Shown piece after piece: positions 26,414 through 36,672 of a stretch of 64,000 nt of DNA. Each line of letters starts with the position of its first letter. Within the stretch, counting starts at the first letter, position 1. The position numbers were made by a program, and so were the translations under genes. A model generated the notes under the pieces. The model ran no database searches, had not been told where the DNA came from, and worked only from the letters and a program-made list of their open reading frames with translations. The stretch is from a virus, in the IMG/VR virus record IMGVR_UViG_3300027973_000032, positions 46,289-110,288 of that record; one strand, written 5' to 3'.

Positions 26414-27212
26414 CTTTTCCGGTGGTATTAGTGTATTTTAATCTAAGATAAGTAACTTCGGTTACGTCTATGTTATCAAATATTACGGGAGTATTTCTTG
26501 CTTGTGTAAATGTTTGAGTTTGAATTGGATCTTTCAAAAATGATTCGTGGCTAAAAGTTTCAGTTTGCGTTGACTGTATACTAATTGTACCTATAAAGTC
26601 TGTGACATATGCTGTGACTTTTAAAGTAGTGGTCGGTACAGCTTCATAAAATCTCACAGGCATGGAGTCGCTATAGTAGGTAATAATGTGGTTTTGATTT
26701 GTTTGGTAGTTGGTTTCTTGTTTAAAGTTATCGTAGCGTTTGTTTAGACTGGGTTTGGCATTCAAGCCATTAAGTAAGTCAATAGTACCTCTGGCTCCAT
26801 ATTTGCTGTCGCCATAGAGTATTTCCAGTGTGGCATCCTCATTGTGCATATAAACAATAAAGCTAAAAGATTGAGGAATCAGATTTTCTAAATCAGTGCT
26901 CATTATGTTTATTCTTGCTAGTCCTTTGCTGGTTTGACTGCTATCATCTTCCAAATTAGTAGCAAGGTATCTATTAACTTCGTTATTAGCTTGATCAAAA
27001 ATAACCATATAAATCTGTTTGCCCAATAGACTAATACGTTTTTGATCATTATTTTTAACGTCTACTTCCAAGACATTATCAATGCCTTTATAAATTTTTA
27101 TTGTACGTTGATACACGATACGCCACTCCACTTGGTCATTGTTAGATTCTTCATCCAAATTGGTGAGTAACTGGATTCGATTTGGATATAAATAACTTGA
27201 TATTTTTTGCAT
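26388..27212 (-). CDS. Hypothetical beta-rich protein, possibly structural
   Basis: 274-aa ORF; ATAAATA upstream on the - strand. Confidence 0.7.
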   Translation of the reverse strand: MQKISSYLYPNRIQLLTNLDEESNNDQVEWRIVYQRTIKIYKGIDNVLEVDVKNNDQKRISLLGKQIYMVIFDQANNEVNRYLATNLEDDSSQTSKGLARINIMSTDLENLIPQSFSFIVYMHNEDATLEILYGDSKYGARGTIDLLNGLNAKPSLNKRYDNFKQETNYQTNQNHIITYYSDSMPVRFYEAVPTTTLKVTAYVTDFIGTISIQSTQTETFSHESFLKDPIQTQTFTQARNTPVIFDNIDVTEVTYLRLKYTNTTGKVDYAILSV

Positions 27213-27232
27213 AGTATCACCTAATATTATTT

Positions 27233-27610
27233 ATGACAATAAAACTCAAGGATGTAGCCCAAGAAAATTTTCCATTTATCAGTGTTATCAATTACGGTGA
27301 CAATGAATATGTGGGTATCATTATCAATCAAGATCAGCATGTGACCAGTTTCTACGACATCAATGCCATACATAATGTTGACGATAAAAACCAGTTCCTA
27401 CTCATGGGAGAAACATGGTGGTGGGAAAGCAATAGACAAATACCCATAAATATATTTCTCAAAACAGAAATAGAGCAATTCAAATATTGTATTAAGACAT
27501 TCAATAGTAAGGGTGTTAGAATAGTTCTAGGACCCACAGTAAACGTCTTAAATCTCAGCTATAAACGACCCAAACGTAAGAGTGTAGAATTAGTTAGACG
27601 AGTAGATTAA
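27233..27610 (+). CDS. Conserved jumbo-phage hypothetical protein
   Basis: EYVGIIIN...GETWWWESNRQIPINIFL. Confidence 0.75.
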   Translation: MTIKLKDVAQENFPFISVINYGDNEYVGIIINQDQHVTSFYDINAIHNVDDKNQFLLMGETWWWESNRQIPINIFLKTEIEQFKYCIKTFNSKGVRIVLGPTVNVLNLSYKRPKRKSVELVRRVD

Positions 27611-28170
27611 CCATAGTCGTAGCTAACGCTTTCACAGATTAAATTCATCTGCACTACCACAGCCATAGCATAGGCAATGGCATGTGCTTTCTTAAAATAA
27701 TATTCGTTGTTGTCAGGTTTCGTCCAAACTTGACTCATGATCTCCGTCCATGATTTCCCAATCAAATGTTTCTTTGCTGGGCGGATCATAGCTAGGACGG
27801 CAGCTAATTGTTCCAAAGAAGTTGGGCAATTCATCTTCAAAATTGAACTGTGGCCATTCAAATGAAATAGTAGATCCACAAATTCTTGTTGTTCGAGTAG
27901 GTCCCATAGTGGTTCAGTCTCCATTAAAGTTTTAAGATGTAGTTCATCTCTAATGTCTTTATAAACATTGAGATTTAAAAAATCAATTTTAAAATATCCT
28001 CTATTTTCCGCTGTTTTATAATCTATACTGGCAATATTATTTACTGGATCATGTGGTATATGTTGTGCGTATATGCCTGTATTATGATGTGCGTGATCTC
28101 TTCTTGCTCTAATATGTGGTATAATATTTAATATTTTTTCTCTATTTGCAAAGTCTATATCAATGTCCAT
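27607..28170 (-). CDS. Stand-alone DNA polymerase III alpha (DnaE) palm-like fragment
   Basis: DIDIDF, HNTG, GYFKIDFL, LAMIRP, YYFKKAHAIAYA. Confidence 0.8.
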   Translation of the reverse strand: MDIDIDFANREKILNIIPHIRARRDHAHHNTGIYAQHIPHDPVNNIASIDYKTAENRGYFKIDFLNLNVYKDIRDELHLKTLMETEPLWDLLEQQEFVDLLFHLNGHSSILKMNCPTSLEQLAAVLAMIRPAKKHLIGKSWTEIMSQVWTKPDNNEYYFKKAHAIAYAMAVVVQMNLICESVSYDYG

Positions 28171-28334
28171 TAATGCGCTACCTCGCTATTGAAGAAAATT
28201 AATCTAGCATGTTTATGTAAGAATTCACAATATTTTTCTGCGTCCTCTAGGGTGTCAAATCCTTTTAATGCAACATGAACGGATTTTTCATCCTCATCAA
28301 TTTCAAAACTTATTTCTAATTTAGTATAGTTCAT
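28170..28334 (-). CDS. Hypothetical protein (54 aa, not in ORF track)
   Basis: MNYTKLEISF...FFNSEVAH*; fills the gap with overlaps on both sides. Confidence 0.6.
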   Translation of the reverse strand: MNYTKLEISFEIDEDEKSVHVALKGFDTLEDAEKYCEFLHKHARLIFFNSEVAH

Positions 28335-29011
28335 AAATTACTTTCTTTGGCAATTTGCCTAGCAAAATCCGCATCATCTGGCATGGTTCTAAATTTTTTA
28401 TACCAAAAATTTGGATCAATAGTTGTGCCAATCGACACCAATTGTTCATCATTTAATGTGGTCAATAACTTTTTACCAGTGTCGCTGTTCAATAAAATCC
28501 AAGGGCTAATTTTTCCATCTTTAATGTCAAAAGTTGCTCTATTTGTGGACACATAAAGAAAATAATGATTCCAAACGCTGTCATGTGTACTAGCCCAATC
28601 ATTCATGTGCATTATGGATCTTTGTAGGGCAACTTCAACAGGTTCGTTTTTAATCAAATTTAATATGTATTCTTCATATAAACTTTCTCTACACCAATGA
28701 TCTAGTTTTACTCCGCTAGTAACCACATAGTCAATGTATTTTTCTGGATATAATGGATTTACATTACTTAGAAAACTGCCAAACTTAACAAAGGCATTAT
28801 AGTAAGGACTTTGTGCGAATTCTTCGTAGGTTTTTGTTTTATCATTCTTTTGAGCAAGTTTATAAAATTTATCGTATGTTTGATAGGCCAGTTGTACATG
28901 TTTTTCATTTTTGGCCAAGTGTCTACGTTTTTGTTCACACATATGTACAAACAAAGTTTTTTCTTTGGTAAACTTTGCATTACAGTGGTCACAATTATAT
29001 GCTATGGTCAT
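28331..29011 (-). CDS. Hypothetical protein with an N-terminal zinc finger
   Basis: CDHC..F.....L..H.C. Confidence 0.75.
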   Translation of the reverse strand: MTIAYNCDHCNAKFTKEKTLFVHMCEQKRRHLAKNEKHVQLAYQTYDKFYKLAQKNDKTKTYEEFAQSPYYNAFVKFGSFLSNVNPLYPEKYIDYVVTSGVKLDHWCRESLYEEYILNLIKNEPVEVALQRSIMHMNDWASTHDSVWNHYFLYVSTNRATFDIKDGKISPWILLNSDTGKKLLTTLNDEQLVSIGTTIDPNFWYKKFRTMPDDADFARQIAKESNL

Positions 29012-29484
29012 GGAAAATATTTTTTAATTTCTTCGTCACTCCATCCAAAACTAACAGCTAATTCTTTTAATTCTTTAGTGGAATTAATTTTAGCCAAGGT
29101 TTCAATATCACTAGATTTTAGTTCAGGATAAAGTATTTCTAAAAATTTTGTTTTTTTGTTATTGCCAGTTTTCTTTTTAAAACCAATCCATTCATGAAAA
29201 TAGTTTTCCTTAGTTTCATAACCACACATGCAAAGCAGTTGCCAAAGCAATTTGGGATGTTTGCTCAATGAATAAAAATGTTTGTTGAAATATTCATTAG
29301 TGGCCAACACATAATGTTCTTGAATATCTCTTTTAGGATTTTTTACTGAACTAACGTATCGATTCAAAAGAAAGAATTTTACCTCTTTTCTTTGTTCATC
29401 GTCAAGTAGATCCCAAATATCTCTGCCACCTTGATCGATAGCAGATAGTATTTCACTTAGTGTTATTTTGCTCATGATTGCCAC
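29008..29484 (-). CDS. Clamp loader small subunit (T4 gp62-like), probable
   Basis: FLLNRYVS...NE..N...HPKL.W...HEWI pattern; replication context. Confidence 0.6.
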   Translation of the reverse strand: MAIMSKITLSEILSAIDQGGRDIWDLLDDEQRKEVKFFLLNRYVSSVKNPKRDIQEHYVLATNEYFNKHFYSLSKHPKLLWQLLCMCGYETKENYFHEWIGFKKKTGNNKKTKFLEILYPELKSSDIETLAKINSTKELKELAVSFGWSDEEIKKYFP

Positions 29485-29713
29485 TTAATTTGTGTATTAG
29501 TATAGCACGATCAAGGGCCTTTTGTAAAGTAGGATTGGTCTTCGCTGCTGCTCTAATCTCTTGCCAAAGCATAGTTTGTTCAGCTTCCACAAGCAGATCA
29601 CGTGCTCGTTCACTTATGGAGTGAAGTTTTCGATCAGTAGATCCAAATGGCCTACTGTAAACAGTTTCACCTCCATCAGGACTTTCGTAAACTATCCTAT
29701 CTTGATTTATCAT
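29453..29713 (-). CDS. Hypothetical protein
   Basis: VYESPDGGETVYSR motif. Confidence 0.7.
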   Translation of the reverse strand: MINQDRIVYESPDGGETVYSRPFGSTDRKLHSISERARDLLVEAEQTMLWQEIRAAAKTNPTLQKALDRAILIHKLSGNHEQNNTK

Positions 29714-30231
29714 AATATTTTACTTACATCTATGAGTTCACTTTGACGACTGACTTCCTTGATAAAAAACACGCATTCTGGTTTTTCTTCAAATCCCATC
29801 GGGGTAACCAATAATTGATTGTTACGCATTTTAGGAAAGTACCATTTGACATCATTGTAAAAATTTACTATTTCAATCGGTCTATAATCGATTTTAAAAC
29901 TGCTTAGAGGGTTAAAAGCAATTGCGTCAAATCCTCTGTCATTCAAGCTGGTCAATGGTAAGATTTCTGCATCTATGTTACTGGTACTGTCGCCCACAGC
30001 AATACTCCAATCTATGGGCATGGAGATTTCGTTGTCACCAATTCTTAGTACAATTGCTGGACTATTAAAACTTTCTAAAAAGATCAAGGGTACAAAAAAG
30101 AAATCTGGGTTTTTTGGATCACTGTTGTCTAGTACTGCAAACCGAGTATTTTCGTCTACTTGTTCTGGAAGATTATTCAATGAGAACAATTTATTTTCTA
30201 ATGTTAGTATCTGCATGATTATTTTTGCCAA
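29710..30231 (-). CDS. Conserved hypothetical protein
   Basis: DFFFVPLIFLESF...VKWYFPK; lies in the operon. Confidence 0.75.
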   Translation of the reverse strand: MAKIIMQILTLENKLFSLNNLPEQVDENTRFAVLDNSDPKNPDFFFVPLIFLESFNSPAIVLRIGDNEISMPIDWSIAVGDSTSNIDAEILPLTSLNDRGFDAIAFNPLSSFKIDYRPIEIVNFYNDVKWYFPKMRNNQLLVTPMGFEEKPECVFFIKEVSRQSELIDVSKIL

Positions 30232-31691
30232 TCTATCTTTTCTAAAGAGAAAGGATATTGTGCGTCCTTATAAAATTTTTTGCGTTCTGTGAGATGACGT
30301 TTGGCAAATTTGCAAGTGCTGGTAATATCCCAAATTTTCACAAAGTCTTTGTCTTCGGCTCTTCTAATTCCTCTTCCAATGCTTTGAATAACTCGGACAA
30401 AACTTTTTCCTGGTTCCAAAAGGACCAGATTAAAAATCCTGGGTATATTAATCCCAACGGCAGCAACGCCATAAGTGGCCACGATAATTTTGTTGTCACT
30501 TGTTTTAATTTCGTCATATTCTTCTTTCCTATCTTTGGTCTTTACTTCGCCTGAAATAAACACACTGTCTTCGATTTCATTTACTATAAATTTGCCTGAG
30601 TCTATTCTGTTTACTAATACTAGTGTGTTGCCTGAGTCTGCTATTTGTTTGATTAATTTACTTACGAAGATCATTCTGTCTTCATCTGTAACAAGATACT
30701 TTAATTCTTCTGCATATGTCCTAAATTCAGCCACATCCAACAATTGTGAAATGGTAACGTGGCAATTACTAAGCACACCTTTTTCCTGCAATTCATGTGC
30801 AGCAATGCCTCCAACTACTGGCCCAATTGATGCAAAAATCACTTCGCTTTCATGTTTGGCTTTGGGAACAGTACCAGTCAAACCCCAACGTATACAAGCA
30901 TTATTCAAGTTACGTGTCAGTAAGTTCTTTAGTACATCTGCTTTGGCCATGTGTACTTCGTCAACAATTACTGCTCTAACACCGTCTAAAAATTCAGCCA
31001 AAGTCAGTTGATCCTCTACTGCACCTTTGCTTTTTTTATCTAGTATATTGAGGCTTTGCCAAGTACAGATTGTATGAGTTTTGTTTAAATCTTTGCGATC
31101 ACCATAGTATACACCCACATCTAATCCTACGTTAATATAGTCTTCCTCTGTTTGTTCTACTAGGCTTTTGTTGGGAACAATAGTAATAGTTCTGCCATAT
31201 TGTTCACATAATTGACTCAATGTGGCAGTGGTAATTGTTTTGCCAGCGCCTGTGGCAATTTCCTGTAAACTATGTGGATTTTTTAAGAATGTATTAATTG
31301 CGTCAACTTGATAATCACGTAGTAAAATAGGCTGACCTGCCATTTGATGCCCTTCTGGCCATACTTTACCCTGATCTTTCCAATATGTTTCTGTTACAGG
31401 TTGAAAGTCAATGTTTATAGCTGTCCTGTTGTCATTGACGTCAGTAACTTCAATTTTCATCTCTTCCAGCAGTTCTAATATCTTTTCTATTTGATACAAG
31501 TAACCACTGCCGCCAATACTAAACATGCTAATTGAGCCGTCCCAGCGTCCTAATTTGTAACTGGGACGATGTCTTGCAGTGGGATCTTGAAATTTAAAAG
31601 TATTAGCCAACTTTCTTCGTGCTTCAATAGGAAGCCCTTCCAGTTTGATGTTTACTTCATCCTTAATGATTAATTTACATGATGTCATCAA
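30219..31691 (-). CDS. uvsW: SF2 DNA helicase, UvsW-like
   Basis: LRDYQ, ATGAGKT, DEVH, GLTGT, QSIGRGIR. Confidence 0.88.
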   Translation of the reverse strand: MMTSCKLIIKDEVNIKLEGLPIEARRKLANTFKFQDPTARHRPSYKLGRWDGSISMFSIGGSGYLYQIEKILELLEEMKIEVTDVNDNRTAINIDFQPVTETYWKDQGKVWPEGHQMAGQPILLRDYQVDAINTFLKNPHSLQEIATGAGKTITTATLSQLCEQYGRTITIVPNKSLVEQTEEDYINVGLDVGVYYGDRKDLNKTHTICTWQSLNILDKKSKGAVEDQLTLAEFLDGVRAVIVDEVHMAKADVLKNLLTRNLNNACIRWGLTGTVPKAKHESEVIFASIGPVVGGIAAHELQEKGVLSNCHVTISQLLDVAEFRTYAEELKYLVTDEDRMIFVSKLIKQIADSGNTLVLVNRIDSGKFIVNEIEDSVFISGEVKTKDRKEEYDEIKTSDNKIIVATYGVAAVGINIPRIFNLVLLEPGKSFVRVIQSIGRGIRRAEDKDFVKIWDITSTCKFAKRHLTERKKFYKDAQYPFSLEKIDWQK

Positions 31692-32841
31692 TTTTTACGC
31701 TCAATGGTGTGGTAGCTGTATAGTATACAATAAGATCACAGGCATTGCAATAGGTTACACTTCGATTATTTCTAAAACTATTTGTGAATGTTATTGCAGC
31801 ATCTGGGTACCATTCATTATCAATCATAAATTTTGGTATTTTTCCATTTGCAATACCTACAATTTTGGTATTTTTGTCTAATTTTTTATTAAAAGAATTT
31901 TCTGCAATTAGTTTATTAAATTCTTTTCCATCACTTTTGTTATCAAATCTAAAATAAATTCCCACATTATTTTCACATAATTCATTTAGGGAATTTTTCA
32001 CATTTTTTAGTTGTTCTACGCAATCTACTGGTTTATACTCGTCAAAAATCAGTAAAATTTTGTCTCTTTTTAATGACAGTAAATTTTTTAAAATGTCAGT
32101 TAGAGTGACCTGTTTAGGGTCCAAGTACACTGGAGCTTTTTTTCTACTAGCAATTTTATAGGCCAAACTTTCTTCAGTATTTTTGTCAAATTTTGGTGAA
32201 AAATGGTATTGATAGCGAATTTTTCGATCTAAAATTAATAAGTCATTTTGTAAAATATCTTCTTTGATTTTTTCTTGATTAAAATTAGTAAAATTAAATT
32301 TTGATTGAATTTTTTCAACATCAACGTTTTTAACTTTTTCTAAAATTTCTAAAAAATCGTCAGAAAATTCAAAATTTAGTGGTTCTAACACCTTATGTAT
32401 ATTGACACAGGCTCTTTCCTCCAATACAAAAAAGATATGTTTTCCCTCATTGTACTTTTTGTCAATTTGAGCAACTTTTTCTAAGCCTTTTAAAATTTTT
32501 ATGATCTCACTGTCATAGCTAAAATACACATCTATCAAAAAATTCTTATTTGGGGATTGAATAACGCTGACTTTTCTAATTACTTCCAGAGTTTTAAATT
32601 TTTTCCTCCAAGTAGGATTTTTTATAGCAAAAACCAAACTGGGACCAATAAAAGTCAAATAGTCTAAATTATTTTTTAGAATTTTTAAAATCAAATTAGC
32701 TTGACTTTCGGTAATATAGGTGTCGGAGTTTAACAAAACTGGCATATTTTCCAATATGCGTCTATCTCTATGGGAGACACATCGATTTAAGTTTTCAACC
32801 CCAAACTTATCTAATTCAAAAATGATATCATCTACATACAT
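31675..32841 (-). CDS. Hypothetical protein
   Basis: 388-aa ORF with its own consensus promoter. Confidence 0.75.
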   Translation of the reverse strand: MYVDDIIFELDKFGVENLNRCVSHRDRRILENMPVLLNSDTYITESQANLILKILKNNLDYLTFIGPSLVFAIKNPTWRKKFKTLEVIRKVSVIQSPNKNFLIDVYFSYDSEIIKILKGLEKVAQIDKKYNEGKHIFFVLEERACVNIHKVLEPLNFEFSDDFLEILEKVKNVDVEKIQSKFNFTNFNQEKIKEDILQNDLLILDRKIRYQYHFSPKFDKNTEESLAYKIASRKKAPVYLDPKQVTLTDILKNLLSLKRDKILLIFDEYKPVDCVEQLKNVKNSLNELCENNVGIYFRFDNKSDGKEFNKLIAENSFNKKLDKNTKIVGIANGKIPKFMIDNEWYPDAAITFTNSFRNNRSVTYCNACDLIVYYTATTPLSVKIDDIM

Positions 32842-32847
32842 AAGGCA

Positions 32848-32876
32848 ATTATATACGATTAAACTAATGGTGTCAA
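32848..32876 (-). promoter_or_regulatory. Consensus sigma70 promoter
   Basis: TTGACA, 17 nt, TATAAT; 6 nt before the ATG at 32841. Confidence 0.8.
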
Positions 32877-33716
32877 CTTAACTTTACTTAATAATCTTTC
32901 TAAAGGTAAGCCTGATGCAATTTCTTCTTGGGTCCACTCGGTATGCACAATTTTTTTGAACCATTCAGTTCTATCTACTAGTATTGGCTCATTAATTTGG
33001 TCAAGACTGATTGAAACTTCATGTGCCAAACTGGAATGGTCTGTAAGTACTGGTGTGCCATTCAAGGCTGCTTGTACAGCAATACCGCTATTATAGTTGA
33101 TTACAACGGAATAGTCAAAATCTAAGTCATATTTGTCATAGGTATTGGCAATCTTAGTAGGCGTACTCATGAATATATTATTTCCTGTAAAATTTCCAAT
33201 ATAAAATCTTGGATGCGGACGAACTACGATAGGTCTATCTGTATATTGCCTTATTTTTTCTATTTGTGCCTTAATCCATTCACGTACAGTCAATGGCGAC
33301 GTCCATTGTAGGCTATTTTCATGTTGTGCTGCAATCAATATAGGTGATTGACTGTCAATTTTCCTAGTAACTAAGTTAATATCTAATTTTTTACTTCTGT
33401 CTGCGTCTAAATTTTCAGTATTGGCATAATCACCATATTTTGTAATATTGTTTAAGGCAACTTTCCAAGTTCTTCCACGATCCAATGCACCTACTTCAAT
33501 TATGAAAACAGGTTTTCCTTGTTTTCTGTAATGTTCGTAGACTAACTGATTTTTTTCCATCCTACCTTGCCATAGTACACTCCAAATTAAAGCTGCATCA
33601 GCTGTCATGCTATTTTCCACGGCAGTGATATTAAATTTTTTGCAGCTATCTAAAAAACTTTGCCAAATTGGTTGAGATTTCTGAGCTGTTTGGTCGGGAA
33701 AGTAGGATATATACAT
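32859..33716 (-). CDS. GT-B glycosyltransferase-like protein (KpsS/KpsC capsule type)
   Basis: IEVG, VRPHP and NSGIAVQAALNGTPV motifs. Confidence 0.7.
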   Translation of the reverse strand: MYISYFPDQTAQKSQPIWQSFLDSCKKFNITAVENSMTADAALIWSVLWQGRMEKNQLVYEHYRKQGKPVFIIEVGALDRGRTWKVALNNITKYGDYANTENLDADRSKKLDINLVTRKIDSQSPILIAAQHENSLQWTSPLTVREWIKAQIEKIRQYTDRPIVVRPHPRFYIGNFTGNNIFMSTPTKIANTYDKYDLDFDYSVVINYNSGIAVQAALNGTPVLTDHSSLAHEVSISLDQINEPILVDRTEWFKKIVHTEWTQEEIASGLPLERLLSKVKLTPLV

Positions 33717-33732
33717 ATATTATTATTTAATC

Positions 33733-34542
33733 TTGAAACTACCACCTTTATTAGGGGAATTCCCCCAAACTGATGTTTGTTTTTATGTAGCTGCCGATGA
33801 AACGTATTTTAATCAGCATGCCAAGCCTTTGATTGGCAGTATTAGGCAGTATTTTTCATATCCCATACACTTTCATTTATATAATCCTAGTGATGTGTCA
33901 AAAAAATGGTGTGGAGTCAATGATATCAGTTATAGTTATGAAGTTGTTGACATAAAAATTGTAGATCCAGCATTTGACATTTATCGCAACATGCCCACTG
34001 ATGTAGAATTACAGCGACGTCGCAGCAAAATGATCAAGCCTGGTGAAAATGTTGAAAAAATTCGTAATGAGTTGATAAAAACATATTATGCCTGTACTAG
34101 ATTTGTGAGATTGAGTGAATTATTGATCAAGCCTACTTATATTATTATGTTAGACACTGACAGTTTAGTTAGAAATAAGTTTTACTTATTAAGTAAGGAT
34201 TGTGACATTCATATCTATGAAAAAAATCATAGAAGCCATGTAAACTATACTCAACATTTAGCCAGTACTATATTTTATACTGGTACACAAGGTAGTTTTG
34301 ATTTAATTCAAGATCATGCTAGATTAATCTTAGAAGAATACGTTAAAGATACACTATATTGGTTTTTAGATCAAGAAACATTAGATGTAGCCATACAAAA
34401 GTATTCTAAACAGCCATTATCATTAAGTTTCGTAGACTTTGAAATGAAAGACGCCAGTAATATATGGTGTGCCAAAGGTCCTAGAAAGAATTTACCTGTT
34501 TGGTTGGGCGAAATCAAAAAGTACATGCCTATAAACATCTAA
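33733..34542 (+). CDS. GT-A glycosyltransferase-like protein, inverted orientation
   Basis: YYACTRF, LDTD (DxD), WFLDQ, AKGPRK. Confidence 0.7.
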   Translation: MKLPPLLGEFPQTDVCFYVAADETYFNQHAKPLIGSIRQYFSYPIHFHLYNPSDVSKKWCGVNDISYSYEVVDIKIVDPAFDIYRNMPTDVELQRRRSKMIKPGENVEKIRNELIKTYYACTRFVRLSELLIKPTYIIMLDTDSLVRNKFYLLSKDCDIHIYEKNHRSHVNYTQHLASTIFYTGTQGSFDLIQDHARLILEEYVKDTLYWFLDQETLDVAIQKYSKQPLSLSFVDFEMKDASNIWCAKGPRKNLPVWLGEIKKYMPINI

Positions 34543-35517
34543 AACTGAAAATATTTCTTTTTTTAAATTAATTTTAAATTGATCTAAATTTATCAGATTT
34601 AGTAATTGTTTAGCTTGTGGTGAATTTAAAAAATAGTGACCACTCACTAATAATTTAGTTTCATCGTCATCTATATTTGAAGTGATCCATTTTTTCCATA
34701 CTTCTTTTTTAAGTACATATTCTTTAAAAATATTATATTCTATTTTAAAATATTTGCCTAAGTTCAGTAAATTTTTTGTATGAATTACACCTAATTGAGG
34801 GGCAATATTTAATGAATCTACCCCGGCTTGTTTACGCAAACTAATATTTGCTGCTGTTAAATAGTCAGCATTATGTTCTTTAAACAAAAAGTCATTAGAA
34901 TGAATAATATCAGCTAGTTTAGTGTTGTTTAATAAGGAAAAATTTCCTACTTGTTCATGTTTAGTAAGACTGCCAGTTCTTCCAACTAGGAATTTTATAT
35001 TAGATTTATATTTTTTACTAAACTCAATATCGTCATATATTTGATTAATATTTTCTTCTTCAGAAAGATTATCCTCGCTGCCAAATTCTAAAAATATTTC
35101 ATTATTCAATTTTAGAATGTGACTGATAAACTCATCTGCTATGATATATTTTTTTTCATCAGAAACTCTACTAGGGTCTATATGAATCAAATCAAAATCA
35201 TTTTTAATGTCAGATTCAATTGTGCTGATACAATTTTTTACAGCGTCTTCAATTGATAAGTTGTTATCAATATCTGCATAGTAAGGACCACAATGATCTC
35301 TACATATAAGTATCCTATTAGGATCATAGTTTATATTAGATTTGACAAAATTTACTAATTTTTCTGTAGTAAATGAATATCCAGTATAAGCGTCAACCTG
35401 ATTTCTACTGGCAATGATCATCATAGGGAAATTATTAACTTTGCTATATTCTAAGCAAATATCAACAATTTCTGGGCTCATAGGCCCTATACCTAATTTA
35501 AATTTGCTCAAGTCCAT
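34492..35517 (-). CDS. GatZ/KbaZ-family protein (ketohexose-phosphate epimerase-like)
   Basis: IASRNQVD..GY, RDHCGP, IHIDPS, EFGSE, EHNADY, NIAPQL. Confidence 0.75.
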   Translation of the reverse strand: MDLSKFKLGIGPMSPEIVDICLEYSKVNNFPMMIIASRNQVDAYTGYSFTTEKLVNFVKSNINYDPNRILICRDHCGPYYADIDNNLSIEDAVKNCISTIESDIKNDFDLIHIDPSRVSDEKKYIIADEFISHILKLNNEIFLEFGSEDNLSEEENINQIYDDIEFSKKYKSNIKFLVGRTGSLTKHEQVGNFSLLNNTKLADIIHSNDFLFKEHNADYLTAANISLRKQAGVDSLNIAPQLGVIHTKNLLNLGKYFKIEYNIFKEYVLKKEVWKKWITSNIDDDETKLLVSGHYFLNSPQAKQLLNLINLDQFKINLKKEIFSVLDVYRHVLFDFAQPNR

Positions 35518-35989
35518 TTATTACTTTTTCTAAATACAAACATGCATCTAAAACAGCACCCTCGCCTGCACGAGAGCATGTTACATATTTTGCTGCTTCT
35601 CTTGCTTCTATTCTTGCCGAAATTGGTGCTATACCAATTTTAACTCTTTTCAATATAGGCGCATCATTATACCCATCAGCTATGTATGCTGTAGTGTCAA
35701 AATTGCAGTTTTTTTCAAACCATCCCATACGATCCTCTTCTGTAACTAATAATAATTGCGAAGGATCATATTTCCAATCTTTTACAATTCGGGCATAAGT
35801 TATGTCCCAACCAGTTACATCTGCTGTAATAAAAGTAATATCATTCAAATATTTTTTTATTATTTTAAATCCATCTTTGTCATGTGGACCAAAGACTTTG
35901 AACATTTTTCCTTGACTGCTATATAAAATATGTCCAGTGTTAAGTACTCCGTCAACATCTAATACTAGTTTATTAATTATCATCTTCAA
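35498..35989 (-). CDS. KdsC-like HAD phosphatase
   Basis: LDVDGVL, D.DG, IADGYND, GEGAV. Confidence 0.8.
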   Translation of the reverse strand: MKMIINKLVLDVDGVLNTGHILYSSQGKMFKVFGPHDKDGFKIIKKYLNDITFITADVTGWDITYARIVKDWKYDPSQLLLVTEEDRMGWFEKNCNFDTTAYIADGYNDAPILKRVKIGIAPISARIEAREAAKYVTCSRAGEGAVLDACLYLEKVINGLEQI

Positions 35990-36671
35990 TTTCCAATTGA
36001 CTCAAAGTTATTCCAGTGTAAATTTCAAATTGTTTTTTAAATTGTTGTTGGTAAAACTCTTTTCCGCCTACATATTTAATACTAGATAATGTGGCCTGTT
36101 TTTTTAAATCATTTTCATTTATAGCCAAATCAATTATGTAATTTATTTTTGGCAATTTGGTAAAAGGACTGTCCTTGGTAGAAGTTCCCAAGCTTGTGCA
36201 GTTTATTACCGTTCCAGTTAATGAGTATATTTTATGCCAGTTGCCCAAGGAACGACTATAGACATTAGCTCGATTATTTAAAATCTTTTTGAACATATTT
36301 CCCATTGCACCGTTGCCTAATATATTAATAGGCTCATATTCTGGCACATTTTTCAATACATGTATTGCTCCATAATAATCAGTGTTATAACCAATATATT
36401 TTTGATCAATATTCACTACTGTATTACAGCTATTGAATTGTGTAACTAATTTATCTACTGAATCTAACAACGATATCACCGACGATTTATAAGGCATGCT
36501 TACACTAAATCCATTAATATTAGATTTTTTTAATTGAGTTACACTTTCAATTATATTTTCGCATGCTAAGGCATTATAAGTATATGGTAAATTTTTTAAA
36601 GTAAAAAACTTACGATAATAGTTTTCTCCTGTTTTGCCAGGATATCTACTTAAACTAACATAATTTTTCAA
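35973..36671 (-). CDS. Shikimate dehydrogenase (AroE)-like oxidoreductase
   Basis: SVSMPYK, CNT, GYNTD..G, LGNGAMG, INCTSLG. Confidence 0.8.
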   Translation of the reverse strand: MKNYVSLSRYPGKTGENYYRKFFTLKNLPYTYNALACENIIESVTQLKKSNINGFSVSMPYKSSVISLLDSVDKLVTQFNSCNTVVNIDQKYIGYNTDYYGAIHVLKNVPEYEPINILGNGAMGNMFKKILNNRANVYSRSLGNWHKIYSLTGTVINCTSLGTSTKDSPFTKLPKINYIIDLAINENDLKKQATLSSIKYVGGKEFYQQQFKKQFEIYTGITLSQLEIEDDN

Positions 36672-36672
36672 T

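Noticed and set aside
35973-36671. Aromatic amino-acid auxiliary metabolic gene (aroE)
   Set aside because: No other shikimate-pathway gene is nearby and it is embedded in a sugar operon, so only the fold is called and no symbol is assigned.
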